From contig CAVZQC010000005.1 in the NCBI GenBank assembly GCA_963777315.1, positions 178,600-242,599 of the forward strand: a DNA stretch of 64,000 nucleotides. Direction: 5' to 3'. The notes beneath the pieces were generated by a model. That model searched no databases. It was not told the origin of the DNA and saw only the letters and a program-made list of their open reading frames with translations. Source of the DNA: Vulcanimicrobiota bacterium. Its GTDB lineage: Bacteria; Vulcanimicrobiota; Vulcanimicrobiia; Vulcanimicrobiales; Vulcanimicrobiaceae. Position numbers and translations under genes: made by a program. This document shows, piece after piece, positions 38,786 through 48,174 of the stretch (positions within the stretch are counted from its first letter, which is position 1; the number at the start of each line of letters is the position of its first letter).

Positions 38786-39691
38786 ATGGCTGCCGTAATG
38801 TCGGCGCCGCGCGCTTTTCGGCGTGTCACGTTCGGCCTGGCCGGACGCAGCCTAGCCGTCGACGTCGACGATGCCGCGGCGCTGCATGTTCTCGAGACGA
38901 CGTACGCGCGCGTTCGCGTGCCCGAGGCGAAAAGCGCCAATCACACCGCTTCGCTCCAGCGCTTGTCCGATGGAAGACTGCACGTACGCTTCGACCGCTG
39001 CGGACTGGCGGCCGGAGACGCGGCTGCCGGCGGTCCCAATGCGCCGCTCCTTTCCGCATACTATGCCGCCAAAGAGGTGTTCGCGCGATTTGCCGCCGCG
39101 CAGCCGTCCGCGGTTGCCTTTTACGGCGCCTTGGTGGCCATCGGCGGCGGCGCGGTGCTGATTCTCGGGCCCACCGCTATCGGCAAGACCGTCTTGTCGC
39201 TCAACCTGTCGGCTCTCGGAGCGACCTTTCTGGGCGATGAAACGGCCGTGCTGGACTTGCGCTCGGGGAACGTTTGCGCCCTCGCGCGCACGCCGGCGCT
39301 GCGCGAATCTGCGCTCGATTTCTTGCCGTCGATTGAAATGCGGGCGCGGGTGAGCGAAAGCGCCCACGTACTGCAAACCGAGCGCGGCCGGTTCTGGTAC
39401 GCTTTGGGATCGCACGACCTGGCCGGAATCGCTCCCTCCGATCGCGCTTATCGCCTGCGAGCGGTTTGCGTCATACGCGAGCGCTCGCAAACCGGAGCGA
39501 TACGTCGCATGGAAATCGCGCAAGCGCTGCCGGCGCTCATGCAGCGTGCCTATGCGCGTCCGTCGGAATTGACCGAACTGTCGCGGCTGCGCCGCGCAAT
39601 GCGCAACGTAGCGGGTTTCGAGATGTCGCTTTCGCATCCGCGCGGCTGCGCGGCCGAGCTGTTCGAACAGGTTCGAACGTCATGCGCGTAA
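38786..39691 (+). CDS. HprK-related P-loop protein
   Basis: GPTAIGKT Walker A followed by FLGDE. Confidence 0.6.
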   Translation: MAAVMSAPRAFRRVTFGLAGRSLAVDVDDAAALHVLETTYARVRVPEAKSANHTASLQRLSDGRLHVRFDRCGLAAGDAAAGGPNAPLLSAYYAAKEVFARFAAAQPSAVAFYGALVAIGGGAVLILGPTAIGKTVLSLNLSALGATFLGDETAVLDLRSGNVCALARTPALRESALDFLPSIEMRARVSESAHVLQTERGRFWYALGSHDLAGIAPSDRAYRLRAVCVIRERSQTGAIRRMEIAQALPALMQRAYARPSELTELSRLRRAMRNVAGFEMSLSHPRGCAAELFEQVRTSCA

Positions 39692-40584
39692 TTCGCGCAG
39701 AACAACTCACGCGCTGTCCGGACGGCAACGCCCAGCTCGAGCGCCACTGCGTCTACACGGCGCGCTGCGAAATCGCAGGCATCGTCATGGAACTGTGCAC
39801 GGACATCGCGGAAGTTGCGCGCCTGTTCGCGCTGCGATATGCCGATCATCCGGCCACGCGCGCGGCGGATTTCCGGTATTACGTCGCGACGGTGCGCGGC
39901 GGCTACGAATTTTGGTGCGCCCACGCCGCTTCCTGGAAATGGTCGCAAGGTCCGCTGCCTGCCGATGCGGTGGTGTTTTTGGCCGATGCGGTTACGATGG
40001 CCGCGCTCGTGCGCTTCGATCGCCGAATGTCGTCGATGCGTGCCGCCGGCGTCGAGTTTCGCGGGGCCGCCGCCGCCATCGCCGGACATTCGATCACGGG
40101 CAAAACGGCAACCCTGCTCGCATGCGTGCGGCGCGGCATGCGGGTGTACTCCGACGAGCGCGCGATTTTGCGGGAAGGCACGCTGCATCCGTTTCTGCGC
40201 CGGTGTTCGGTGCGCGCGGCCGGCGCGCGCCTGCTGCTGGCCGACAACGATGCCGAGCCGGTCGCCGACGCGCTGCGCACCGCACCCGAGCTGTCGCTCA
40301 AGACCTGTTTCGGCGAAACGGCAATCGCTGCGCCGGGTCCGCTGCGCGCGCTGTTCGTGCTCAACGGCACGGGCCATTGCGCCGCCCTCGAAGCAATCGA
40401 TACCGCGGCTGCATTGCCGGCAATCGCGCGGTGGTTCGAAACTCGCGGCGACATGGTGGATCGCATTGCGCGGGCCATTGGGCTGCTGCGCGACGTGAAA
40501 TGCTACCGGCTCACGTTGGGAACCGCGGACGAGAGCGCGGCGGCTATCGCCTACGTTCTCACCCGAATCGCGGCCGTTTCGTGA
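39682..40584 (+). CDS. HprK-related P-loop protein
   Basis: GHSITGKT followed by YSDE; overlaps the upstream paralog. Confidence 0.6.
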   Translation: MRVIRAEQLTRCPDGNAQLERHCVYTARCEIAGIVMELCTDIAEVARLFALRYADHPATRAADFRYYVATVRGGYEFWCAHAASWKWSQGPLPADAVVFLADAVTMAALVRFDRRMSSMRAAGVEFRGAAAAIAGHSITGKTATLLACVRRGMRVYSDERAILREGTLHPFLRRCSVRAAGARLLLADNDAEPVADALRTAPELSLKTCFGETAIAAPGPLRALFVLNGTGHCAALEAIDTAAALPAIARWFETRGDMVDRIARAIGLLRDVKCYRLTLGTADESAAAIAYVLTRIAAVS

Positions 40585-40856
40585 AGTATGTCCGAACCCG
40601 ATATTTGTGCGCGTGCATCGTCGTAACGGATGCCACGATACTGCTGGCGGGCATACCGCTTCAGCAATACAGTTTGAGCGTCGCCCACCGGCCGGTCGTC
40701 CACACTCAAACGCTGCTCGCGCTGCTGATCGCCGACCTCGCGCTGCTGGGTTTGGCGCTATGCGGTTTCGCCGCCGCGTTCTTGCTTACGCGCCGAGGCG
40801 TTCAGTTCGCGTTCAAGCGCGTCGCCAAATCTTTCTCGCGACCCAACCGAGTGTAA
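40581..40856 (+). CDS. Small membrane protein
   Basis: GTGA overlap with the upstream stop; two hydrophobic segments. Confidence 0.4.
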   Translation: MKYVRTRYLCACIVVTDATILLAGIPLQQYSLSVAHRPVVHTQTLLALLIADLALLGLALCGFAAAFLLTRRGVQFAFKRVAKSFSRPNRV

Positions 40857-41808
40857 CGAACGAACAGACGGCGATGATCGCAAACAGCGACGTTTCGAGC
40901 AGAACGACGCCGGCGAACTGACTTCCGCCGCACAAAGCGACCGCGCTGGCCACCAGCGCGAGTTTCCATCGTCCGATTGGATTGGATGGCATGCCCGCCA
41001 AGTGCTGCGCCTGGGCTGCCAGCGCGCCCGGCGAAAATCCGACCGTTTGAACGATGTCGGCGATCTTGCCGTCCGGCGCGGTCAGGAAGACTTTGTCGTT
41101 GTGAATGAACGCCGCATCGCTCACGCGCAGCGACGAGATGCCGAAGCGATCGAGCAGATGCTGGATGTCCGACGGCCTGCCGGTGAGAATCGACCACGAT
41201 CCCGCGCGCGCGCCGTACTGCGCGCCGTAACGCTGCAGAACCCAGGGCGAGTCGTAGGCCGGATCCAGCGTGATCTCCACCAAATGAAAACGGCGCGGAT
41301 CCAAGCGCTGCTGCAGGGCGGTGAATTTCGCGCTGAGCGCCGGACATTCGTCTTTGTCCGGGCAGCGCGTGAAGATGAAACTGAGCAGCACGACTTTTCC
41401 GCGATAGTCCGAGGCGAGATCCACCAAACGTCCGGTTTGATCGACCAGCTGCGTGCGCGGAAGGCGCGAGCCCAAGTCGATCGGCACGACTTTACCGGTT
41501 TCGGGTAAGCCGGGTACGAATTGCGCCGCGATTGAAGCGTCGTACAACCGCCACGGCGTGCGCGAACGGTCCAGGAACGCGTCGATGCCCGTACCGGGCG
41601 GCGCGTTGAGCTGCGGCGTAATCGCAACGGCGCGGCTTTGCGCGGCGACCATTCCCGTCACCGGCTCGATGCGCACGACGACGGTGCCGCGCGAGCCGGC
41701 TCCGAGCACGACGCCGTGAACCGGAACGGCCTCGGGCGACGCGAGCGCCGCCATGCCCGGTACGGCCAGGAACGCAAGTGCGGCGATTAGCCCGCGCAAG
41801 AACCGCAT
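40813..41808 (-). CDS. SCO-family protein with extra N-terminal domain
   Basis: FIFTRCPDKDECP, ITLDPAYD, FIHN. Confidence 0.8.
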   Translation of the reverse strand: MRFLRGLIAALAFLAVPGMAALASPEAVPVHGVVLGAGSRGTVVVRIEPVTGMVAAQSRAVAITPQLNAPPGTGIDAFLDRSRTPWRLYDASIAAQFVPGLPETGKVVPIDLGSRLPRTQLVDQTGRLVDLASDYRGKVVLLSFIFTRCPDKDECPALSAKFTALQQRLDPRRFHLVEITLDPAYDSPWVLQRYGAQYGARAGSWSILTGRPSDIQHLLDRFGISSLRVSDAAFIHNDKVFLTAPDGKIADIVQTVGFSPGALAAQAQHLAGMPSNPIGRWKLALVASAVALCGGSQFAGVVLLETSLFAIIAVCSFVTLGWVARKIWRRA

Positions 41809-41817
41809 CGCTTTGTC

Positions 41818-42387
41818 CTACGACACCAGCGCGCGCAGGTCATCCGCGATGGCGGCGGTGCTGGCGCTCGGCGGCAGCAGCTCGCACAGACGGCCGTCGT
41901 TGTCGAGCAGATAGATTGAACTGGTGTGGCCGATGTCGCCGTGCTGCGGCTCAACCGCTGCGCCGTACGCGCGATACACGCGCGCGAGCGCAAGCGGCGT
42001 GCCGGTCAGTCCGCGAGCGCGCACGTGCAGCGTGGAAAAGAACGCGCGCATTGCGGCGGGAGTGTCGCGTTTGGGGTCGACGGTTACCATGACGATTTGC
42101 AACTGCAAGGGCGTCAGGCCGGCGCGCGAACGCGCCGCCGCGAGTTTGCGCAGCGTTTGCGGACAGACGTCCCGGCAATGCGTGAAACCGAAGTACAGCG
42201 CGGTGGAGCGGTCTGCGCGCGCGCCCAGCGCGAAGGCGGCGCCGGACTGGTCGGTCAAAACGAAGCGGTGCGCCGGCGCGGGCGGACGCAAGACCGTACC
42301 GTGCCGCGGCGGCGCTGCGGCGCACGACGCCGCGCAAATGCATGCCAGCACGATCGGTCCGTTTCTCAACGCGCGCGGGAACTGCAC
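41818..42387 (-). CDS. SCO-family copper chaperone (lipoprotein)
   Basis: FGFTHCRDVCP, VTVDPKRDTP, GHTSSIYL. Confidence 0.88.
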   Translation of the reverse strand: MQFPRALRNGPIVLACICAASCAAAPPRHGTVLRPPAPAHRFVLTDQSGAAFALGARADRSTALYFGFTHCRDVCPQTLRKLAAARSRAGLTPLQLQIVMVTVDPKRDTPAAMRAFFSTLHVRARGLTGTPLALARVYRAYGAAVEPQHGDIGHTSSIYLLDNDGRLCELLPPSASTAAIADDLRALVS

Positions 42388-42474
42388 GATATCATCAGTC
42401 TAGGCGCGGGCGTCCATGCGGGTCTATGCCCGAAGTCATGCCGAAACCTCAGGACCGTGCCCTACCATAACCGC

Positions 42475-42921
42475 GTGGAACGAGCGCAAGCCGTAACGTT
42501 TGCCGTTCGCGTCCTGTTGGGCGCCTTGTTCGTCTTTGCCGGCGCGACCAAAATCGGCCATTTCAACGACCTCGCCGCCACGATAGCGGGGTTTCGGCTG
42601 TTGCCCGCTGCGGTCGTGGGTCCGTTCGCGGTGGTACTGCCGTTTTTCGAGATAGGCGTCGGCGCGTATTTGGCGCTGGGCCTGTTCACCCGCGCTGCGG
42701 GAATGGTTGCATGCGCCGCGCTGGTCGTGTACGCCGGGGCGATCGCCTCAGCGGTGATTCGGCACATTCCCGCGAACTGCGGCTGCTTCGGTCCGCAAGA
42801 CCGGGCTGCGGCTGATTGGCCGCACGTTTTCGTCGATTTGGCGCTGGCGGCGGTATGCGCGATCGTGGCGTGGCGCGCACCCGGTTCGTTCGCGCTCGAT
42901 CGCCGCATGAGGAATGCATGA
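42475..42921 (+). CDS. MauE/DoxX redox-associated membrane protein
   Basis: LPFFE, CGCFG; 4 TM segments. Confidence 0.82.
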   Translation: MERAQAVTFAVRVLLGALFVFAGATKIGHFNDLAATIAGFRLLPAAVVGPFAVVLPFFEIGVGAYLALGLFTRAAGMVACAALVVYAGAIASAVIRHIPANCGCFGPQDRAAADWPHVFVDLALAAVCAIVAWRAPGSFALDRRMRNA

Positions 42922-43484
42922 ACGATCGCCGCATTTGGATCGCGATCACGGTCATCATCGTCGCGGTCGGCATTATTATCGCCATTCATTATGCGAACAC
43001 GGGCGGCGTGCAGAAAAGCGTGACCTTGGCGCCCGTTTTGAGCACCGCGCAGCCCGGCCAAAAAGCGCCGCAATTTACGGCTGCGACGAACAAAGGCTAT
43101 TTCGACTTGTCGAAAACCGCCAAGCCGGTGCTGCTGGAGGTATTTGCGACGTGGTGTCCTCACTGTCAGCGTGAAACGGCCGTCATCGACCGGCTGTACC
43201 GCCAGTACGGCGATCGCGTGGACTTCGTGGGCGTAACGGGCAGCGACACCGGCATGGACGGCAACTCGCCGGCCAGCGAACAGGACGTCATGAATTTCGC
43301 CGCGCGGCTGAACGCGCAATATCCGCTCGCGTACGACGGTTCGCTTCAAGTCGAGCGCGAATACCTGCAAGGCGGATTCCCGACGATCGTGCTGATCCGT
43401 TCCGACAAGACGATCGCGTACGTCACCAGCGGCGAAACGTCATACGACGAACTCAACGCCGCGATACAAAAAGTGCTGCGCTAG
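42918..43484 (+). CDS. TlpA-family thiol-disulfide oxidoreductase
   Basis: N-terminal TM, FATWCPHC, GFPT. Confidence 0.88.
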   Translation: MNDRRIWIAITVIIVAVGIIIAIHYANTGGVQKSVTLAPVLSTAQPGQKAPQFTAATNKGYFDLSKTAKPVLLEVFATWCPHCQRETAVIDRLYRQYGDRVDFVGVTGSDTGMDGNSPASEQDVMNFAARLNAQYPLAYDGSLQVEREYLQGGFPTIVLIRSDKTIAYVTSGETSYDELNAAIQKVLR

Positions 43485-43488
43485 AACC

Positions 43489-44257
43489 TTAGTCGTTGGG
43501 CGGCAGCTGGTAATTCGGAGGCGGCACCACCGGGTTGCCCACTTCAAGCGTAACGCTCTGGTGCTCGCGCAGCGGAATGTCGGCCAACTTGCCGGCGTAC
43601 GGAACGCCGTTGACGAACGCCGTAACCGGACCGCGGAACGGACCGACGCCGTCGCTGCCCAGCGGCTGTCCCCAAATGTCGAAGAACATGCCGAGCGTGA
43701 ACGGACCGCCGCTCGGCGGACTGACGTCGCCCGCTTCGACGTGAATGATGCCGCTGGGATCGTGCGTGTGTATCCAGTACAAACACCCGCCGCTTGCAGT
43801 CGGCGACATGCCGATGAACGCTGGGATTTGCACCGGCGTGCCGTTGTAAAACAGCGACAAATGGCTGTGAATGTGCAGTGCGACTTGTTCTGTCAGCTTC
43901 GCACGGAATGCCGTCCACCACTTGACCGCGTCCGCCCGCGACGGTGTCGGAGATGATGCCTTTACCGATGTTCGGCACGGGAAAACCGGTCGCTTTGCCC
44001 ACCGCCTGCCCATCCTTGAGTTTGATCGGCTTGGAAGTGGGTGAAGGTCCGGGCGTGGGCGTGCTGATGTTGAACGCCAGCGTCCGCGCACGCGAGGTGT
44101 TCGCATACCACGTCGAGATGCCGAATCCCGCGAGCACCAGCACGATGACCGCTGCGAAGCCGATGTAGATCGGCGTCATGGGATCGCGCTTTCGCGGCGG
44201 CGGAGAAGCGCCTCCGCGCGAATTTCGGCGGCGTTCGGCGCGGGATGGCTGACTCAT
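43489..44257 (-). pseudogene. Membrane-anchored His-rich hypothetical protein, frameshifted near 43895
   Basis: ...VDGIPCEA in one frame continues as TEQVALHIHSHL...LYWIHTHDPSGIIHVE in another. Confidence 0.7.
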
Positions 44258-44264
44258 GGCGCCG

Positions 44265-45287
44265 TTAGTTGACCCCCGCAGCGGTTTGGGCCTGCGCGGG
44301 GTCGAGCCGGCGGTCTGCAATCAAATAGTTTCGAACGTAATCGTCGACCGCCGTACTCAGCGGCGTCACCGGCTCGGTGTAGCCGGTGGAACGCAGCCGC
44401 TCGATCGCCGCGCACGTGTGATACTGATATTTATCGCGCAGCGCGGCCGGCATGTCGATGAACTCGATGCGCGGCGGAACGTTCAGCGCCGAAAAAATGG
44501 GACGCACGAGCTCGAGCCACGTGTGCGCGATGCCTGAGCCCACGTTGAAGATGCCGCCGCTTTGCTGCCGGGCCAAGTGCAGCGTCATGGCGACGGCATC
44601 TTTGACGTAAATGAAATCCCGCCGTTGTTCGCCGTCGCGATAGTCGCTGCGGTGGCTCTTGAACAGCCGGATGCCGCCGGACTCGCGAATTTGGTGGAAC
44701 GCTTTGTCGACCAGACTGCGCATGTCGCCTTTGTGCTGCTCGTTGGGGCCGAATACGTTGAAGTATTTTATGCCGGTGATGCGATCCAGCAGTCCCGTAT
44801 CGCGAGCATGCACGTCGAAACGCTGTTTGGAGTAGGCGTACATATTGAGCGGGCGCAGCGTATCGAGGTTCAAGTCGTCGCGCAAATCGTGCTCGAGCGC
44901 GCCGTACGTGGCGGCGGAGGAGGCGTACACGAAACGAACGTCCCGCTCGACCGCCCATTGGGCGACGTTGACGGTATAGCGGTAGTTGTTGCGCATAAGG
45001 AATGCGGCGTCCGTTTCGGTCGTTGACGAGCAGGCGCCGAGGTGAAACACCGATCGCACTTCGGGCAAAGAGCCCGGCCGTTCCGCAACGAGCGACTCGA
45101 ACGCATCGGCTTCGACGTAATCGTGAAAGCGCAACGGGACCAGGTTCTTCCATTTCTCGGACCTATCGAGGCGATCGACGATGATGACGTCGTCGATCCC
45201 TCGAAGATTGAGCGCCCAAACGATAGCGCTGCCGATGAAGCCCGCGCCGCCGGTGACGACGATGCGCCCACTGTCGAGATCGTGCAT
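44265..45287 (-). CDS. hldD: ADP-L-glycero-D-manno-heptose 6-epimerase
   Basis: TGGAGFIGS, HLGACSSTTE, YASSAATYG, PLNMYAYSK, YFNVFGPNEQHKG. Confidence 0.92.
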   Translation of the reverse strand: MHDLDSGRIVVTGGAGFIGSAIVWALNLRGIDDVIIVDRLDRSEKWKNLVPLRFHDYVEADAFESLVAERPGSLPEVRSVFHLGACSSTTETDAAFLMRNNYRYTVNVAQWAVERDVRFVYASSAATYGALEHDLRDDLNLDTLRPLNMYAYSKQRFDVHARDTGLLDRITGIKYFNVFGPNEQHKGDMRSLVDKAFHQIRESGGIRLFKSHRSDYRDGEQRRDFIYVKDAVAMTLHLARQQSGGIFNVGSGIAHTWLELVRPIFSALNVPPRIEFIDMPAALRDKYQYHTCAAIERLRSTGYTEPVTPLSTAVDDYVRNYLIADRRLDPAQAQTAAGVN

Positions 45288-45303
45288 CGTGAGCGCGGTT
45301 CGC

Positions 45304-47604
45304 CTAGAACGGCGCCGTTACCCGCAGCATAACGGTACGGCCGGCAGCGATTTGCGTGGTGTTGAAGCCGTTGGCGATCTTGATGATGTAGGGATGATCG
45401 AGCAGGTTCTCGACGCTCAGATCGAATCCCAATGACCGATCGCCGTTGATGCCCGGCTGTTTGCCCACAGCCGCGTCGAACGTCAGATGCGATGCAAGCC
45501 GGGTGGCCCCGCTTTGGAACTCGACCGGATACCCCGTTCCGTATTCGCTTTGCAGGGTCGTAAACCACGCGTTTGCATGTCCGAAACGATGCGTGTACGC
45601 GCCGTTGGCTTCCCAGGTTTGGTCGTGATCCTCGTCTTGCCACGCCAAGTTCGACACGTCGCCGGGCGCAAACAAGAACGTCGAACCGGAGACGCCCGCG
45701 GCCTCGGCGTGCGAGTACGTTCCCGATAGGAACCACGTGTCCGCCCCGTGCCCCCGGCCGTCCAGGCGAGTTTCAAAGCCTTCGTCGCGGCCCACGGCGT
45801 TGTTGAAGACGGCAAACAGCGGCGTGTTGAGCAACTGCGTCGTGTCCAAAACGTTCACGGCGTTTCGGCGGAAATAATTCACGTAGCCTTTGAGCGACGA
45901 GCCGAACGTGTGCGCGACGCCCATCTCGAAATAGGCGTCGCGTTCGGGCTTGAGATCGTACACCGGCGTCGTCGCGCAGCCTTGCAGCACGACGCAGTCC
46001 TGACGCACGTCCTCCAGCGACGGCGCGGCATACATTCGCCCGTAGTAAAAGTGCACGACGTTCTTGTCGTCGGGCGCGATGTTCACGCCGATGCGCGGGC
46101 TCAGCTGCCAACCCCCTGTGAAACCGCTCGAACGATCGTAGCGCAAGCCGTAGTTGACGCTCAGCACGCGCGACGGCGACCATTTGTCCTGCGCGTAGAG
46201 TCCCAACTGCGAGCCGGCCTGTGCCACCGAGGTCGCGTGCGGCAAATACGGCAGTGCGGGGTTAGGTGGTCCTGCGCTTGCGGGGGCCGCGATGAGCTCG
46301 TCGTCGGTGTAGTACTCACGGCTCACGTCCGCGCCGATCTTGACGGCGTGATGCGCGCTCGCGCGCAGTTGCGAAATCCGCACGCCGGCATACGTCGCGC
46401 GCTGATCCTGGCGCAAACCGGCCAAGTACTGATCCGACAGCGTGGCGTGGACGTCCTTTTCCAAGTCGCCGTCGTAAGCGACCCGCGTGTAGCGCACCCA
46501 CGGAATGAACTGGAAAACGCCGTTGCCGTCCTTGGAGGTCGCGGTGAAATTCAGGTTCGCATAACGGTCGTACTCGCGCTGGACGTCGTCGGTTCCGGGC
46601 AGAGCGACCTGCGGATCCACCGCATTGCCGCGATCGGTATTGATGGGAATCTGGAACTGAGCGAATTGGTTGGACAAATCCAGCGCCAAAGTTTGACGCG
46701 TCCCCAGCGGCGTGATGAAGCGTAGAAATTGATCCGCCTGCGAGGAACCGTCGTGGATCGGATCGTAGGTGGGCGCATCCAAACCGCGGTCGGAGTGCTG
46801 GGCGTTCGCGCTCAAGAAGAGCTCGGAAGATCCGAACTTGAACGCTTCGTCCAAGCTCGTCAGCGCTTGGCCCTCGTTGCCGCCGCCGATGGTCAGACGG
46901 CCTTGCCGCGGGCGCTGCAGGTCTGCTAGGCGATTGGTCTGCACGTTGACGACCGCGCCCATGCGGTTGCCGCCGTATTCTGCCGGAAAGGCGCCGGTGA
47001 AGACTTCGACCGAATCGACGTTTTTGGGATCGATGATCTCGGCGAAGTTCGAGGTCGTGCCTTGCGGCATGGGCGCTCCGTCGATTTCGTACGTAACGCC
47101 GTGGAAGCCGTGTGCGACGGGTTCGTTGTATGAAAAACGCACGATTCCGGGAACGGTTTGCACGATGCGATCCAAACTGTTGTCGGCAGGCAGCGCCGCA
47201 AGCTGCTGCCGGCTCAAGACGTTGGACGAAATGGGCGTGCCGGAGGCTCCGGCGCGACCGGCAACGTTGACCGTGCCGATGACTTTGAGGTCTCCCAGCG
47301 TGAAGTTGACGGTCAAGATTTGATCCGACGACACGGAAACGGCAAGTTTCTTTTCCGCCACGCCCGGATACGATCCCGTTAGCGCATAGTCGCCGAACGG
47401 AACCTGCGCGAAGACGTAATTACCGGCAGCGTCGGTCGTGGTCGTCAGCAGCGACCCGTCGCCGCGCAGCGTCATTCGAACGCCCGCGTGGGGTGTGTTG
47501 TCGACTAAAACGTTGCCGCGCACTATTCCGGTGTCGGCAGCTGCAGCGGGAAGCGCAGCAAAGCAGACGAAGGCGGCAAGCGCCGCCGCTACGATTTTGA
47601 ACAT
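45304..47604 (-). CDS. TonB-dependent receptor with N-terminal carboxypeptidase-regulatory-like domain
   Basis: Plug motif GAFPAEYG; GLRYD, SPRIG, LKPE, ENLLD; C-terminal F. Confidence 0.88.
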   Translation of the reverse strand: MFKIVAAALAAFVCFAALPAAAADTGIVRGNVLVDNTPHAGVRMTLRGDGSLLTTTTDAAGNYVFAQVPFGDYALTGSYPGVAEKKLAVSVSSDQILTVNFTLGDLKVIGTVNVAGRAGASGTPISSNVLSRQQLAALPADNSLDRIVQTVPGIVRFSYNEPVAHGFHGVTYEIDGAPMPQGTTSNFAEIIDPKNVDSVEVFTGAFPAEYGGNRMGAVVNVQTNRLADLQRPRQGRLTIGGGNEGQALTSLDEAFKFGSSELFLSANAQHSDRGLDAPTYDPIHDGSSQADQFLRFITPLGTRQTLALDLSNQFAQFQIPINTDRGNAVDPQVALPGTDDVQREYDRYANLNFTATSKDGNGVFQFIPWVRYTRVAYDGDLEKDVHATLSDQYLAGLRQDQRATYAGVRISQLRASAHHAVKIGADVSREYYTDDELIAAPASAGPPNPALPYLPHATSVAQAGSQLGLYAQDKWSPSRVLSVNYGLRYDRSSGFTGGWQLSPRIGVNIAPDDKNVVHFYYGRMYAAPSLEDVRQDCVVLQGCATTPVYDLKPERDAYFEMGVAHTFGSSLKGYVNYFRRNAVNVLDTTQLLNTPLFAVFNNAVGRDEGFETRLDGRGHGADTWFLSGTYSHAEAAGVSGSTFLFAPGDVSNLAWQDEDHDQTWEANGAYTHRFGHANAWFTTLQSEYGTGYPVEFQSGATRLASHLTFDAAVGKQPGINGDRSLGFDLSVENLLDHPYIIKIANGFNTTQIAAGRTVMLRVTAPF

Positions 47605-47610
47605 TGGAGC

Positions 47611-47649
47611 CTTTCCTAAACGAACGCAGTGAAGAGCGGTTTAGGAAAG
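47611..47649 (-). promoter_or_regulatory. Hairpin sequestering the RBS of the TonB receptor
   Basis: Perfect 11-bp inverted repeat CTTTCCTAAAC/GTTTAGGAAAG covering the SD AGGAAAGG. Confidence 0.75.
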
Positions 47650-48174
47650 AATCGGCGGCGGCCGCGAATACAAACGGCGCGTATGGGGGAACGATTTCAG
47701 TGCGTGCGGGCTGCGATGCCGCGGCAGCAGGCACGCCCGTTCGAGCGAGTGCAGATGTTCGCCGTGCGCGAGCAATGCCAGCGCAACGGCGGCGAGAGAA
47801 CGTGCGAGCAGCGAAATGGCCAGGCGAATCAACAGCGATGCGGCCACCATCGCCACGGCCACCGCGGCAAGCGGTATGCCGTGCGCGCGTTCGCACGATT
47901 CGAGCGCGGCAAACCATGCCGCCCCGGAGAACAGCATCAGCGGAACGCGCGGCGCGCAAGCTCGAAGGCGCGAGGCGAGGATGCTGCCTTGAGCCGCGTC
48001 GCGCGAGCTTAGGGCAACGGCGACCGCCAGAGCAAAGGCGCACCCCGAAAGGGCGGCGCCGTGCATGGCGCCGCCGACTGCGTGGCTCTGCCCAAAGACC
48101 AGCGCGTGGGCCAAGAGCGCCACCGGCAATCCAAGCAGCAACGCCGTCGCGGCATTGCGCGGTTTGAGGCTCAC
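47641..48174 (-). CDS. Membrane protein with C-terminal RPPP (putative arrest/leader peptide)
   Basis: Several TM segments and His residues; ends RRLYSRPPPILS; GTG overlaps the MCO stop. Confidence 0.7.
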   Translation of the reverse strand: MSLKPRNAATALLLGLPVALLAHALVFGQSHAVGGAMHGAALSGCAFALAVAVALSSRDAAQGSILASRLRACAPRVPLMLFSGAAWFAALESCERAHGIPLAAVAVAMVAASLLIRLAISLLARSLAAVALALLAHGEHLHSLERACLLPRHRSPHALKSFPHTRRLYSRPPPILS

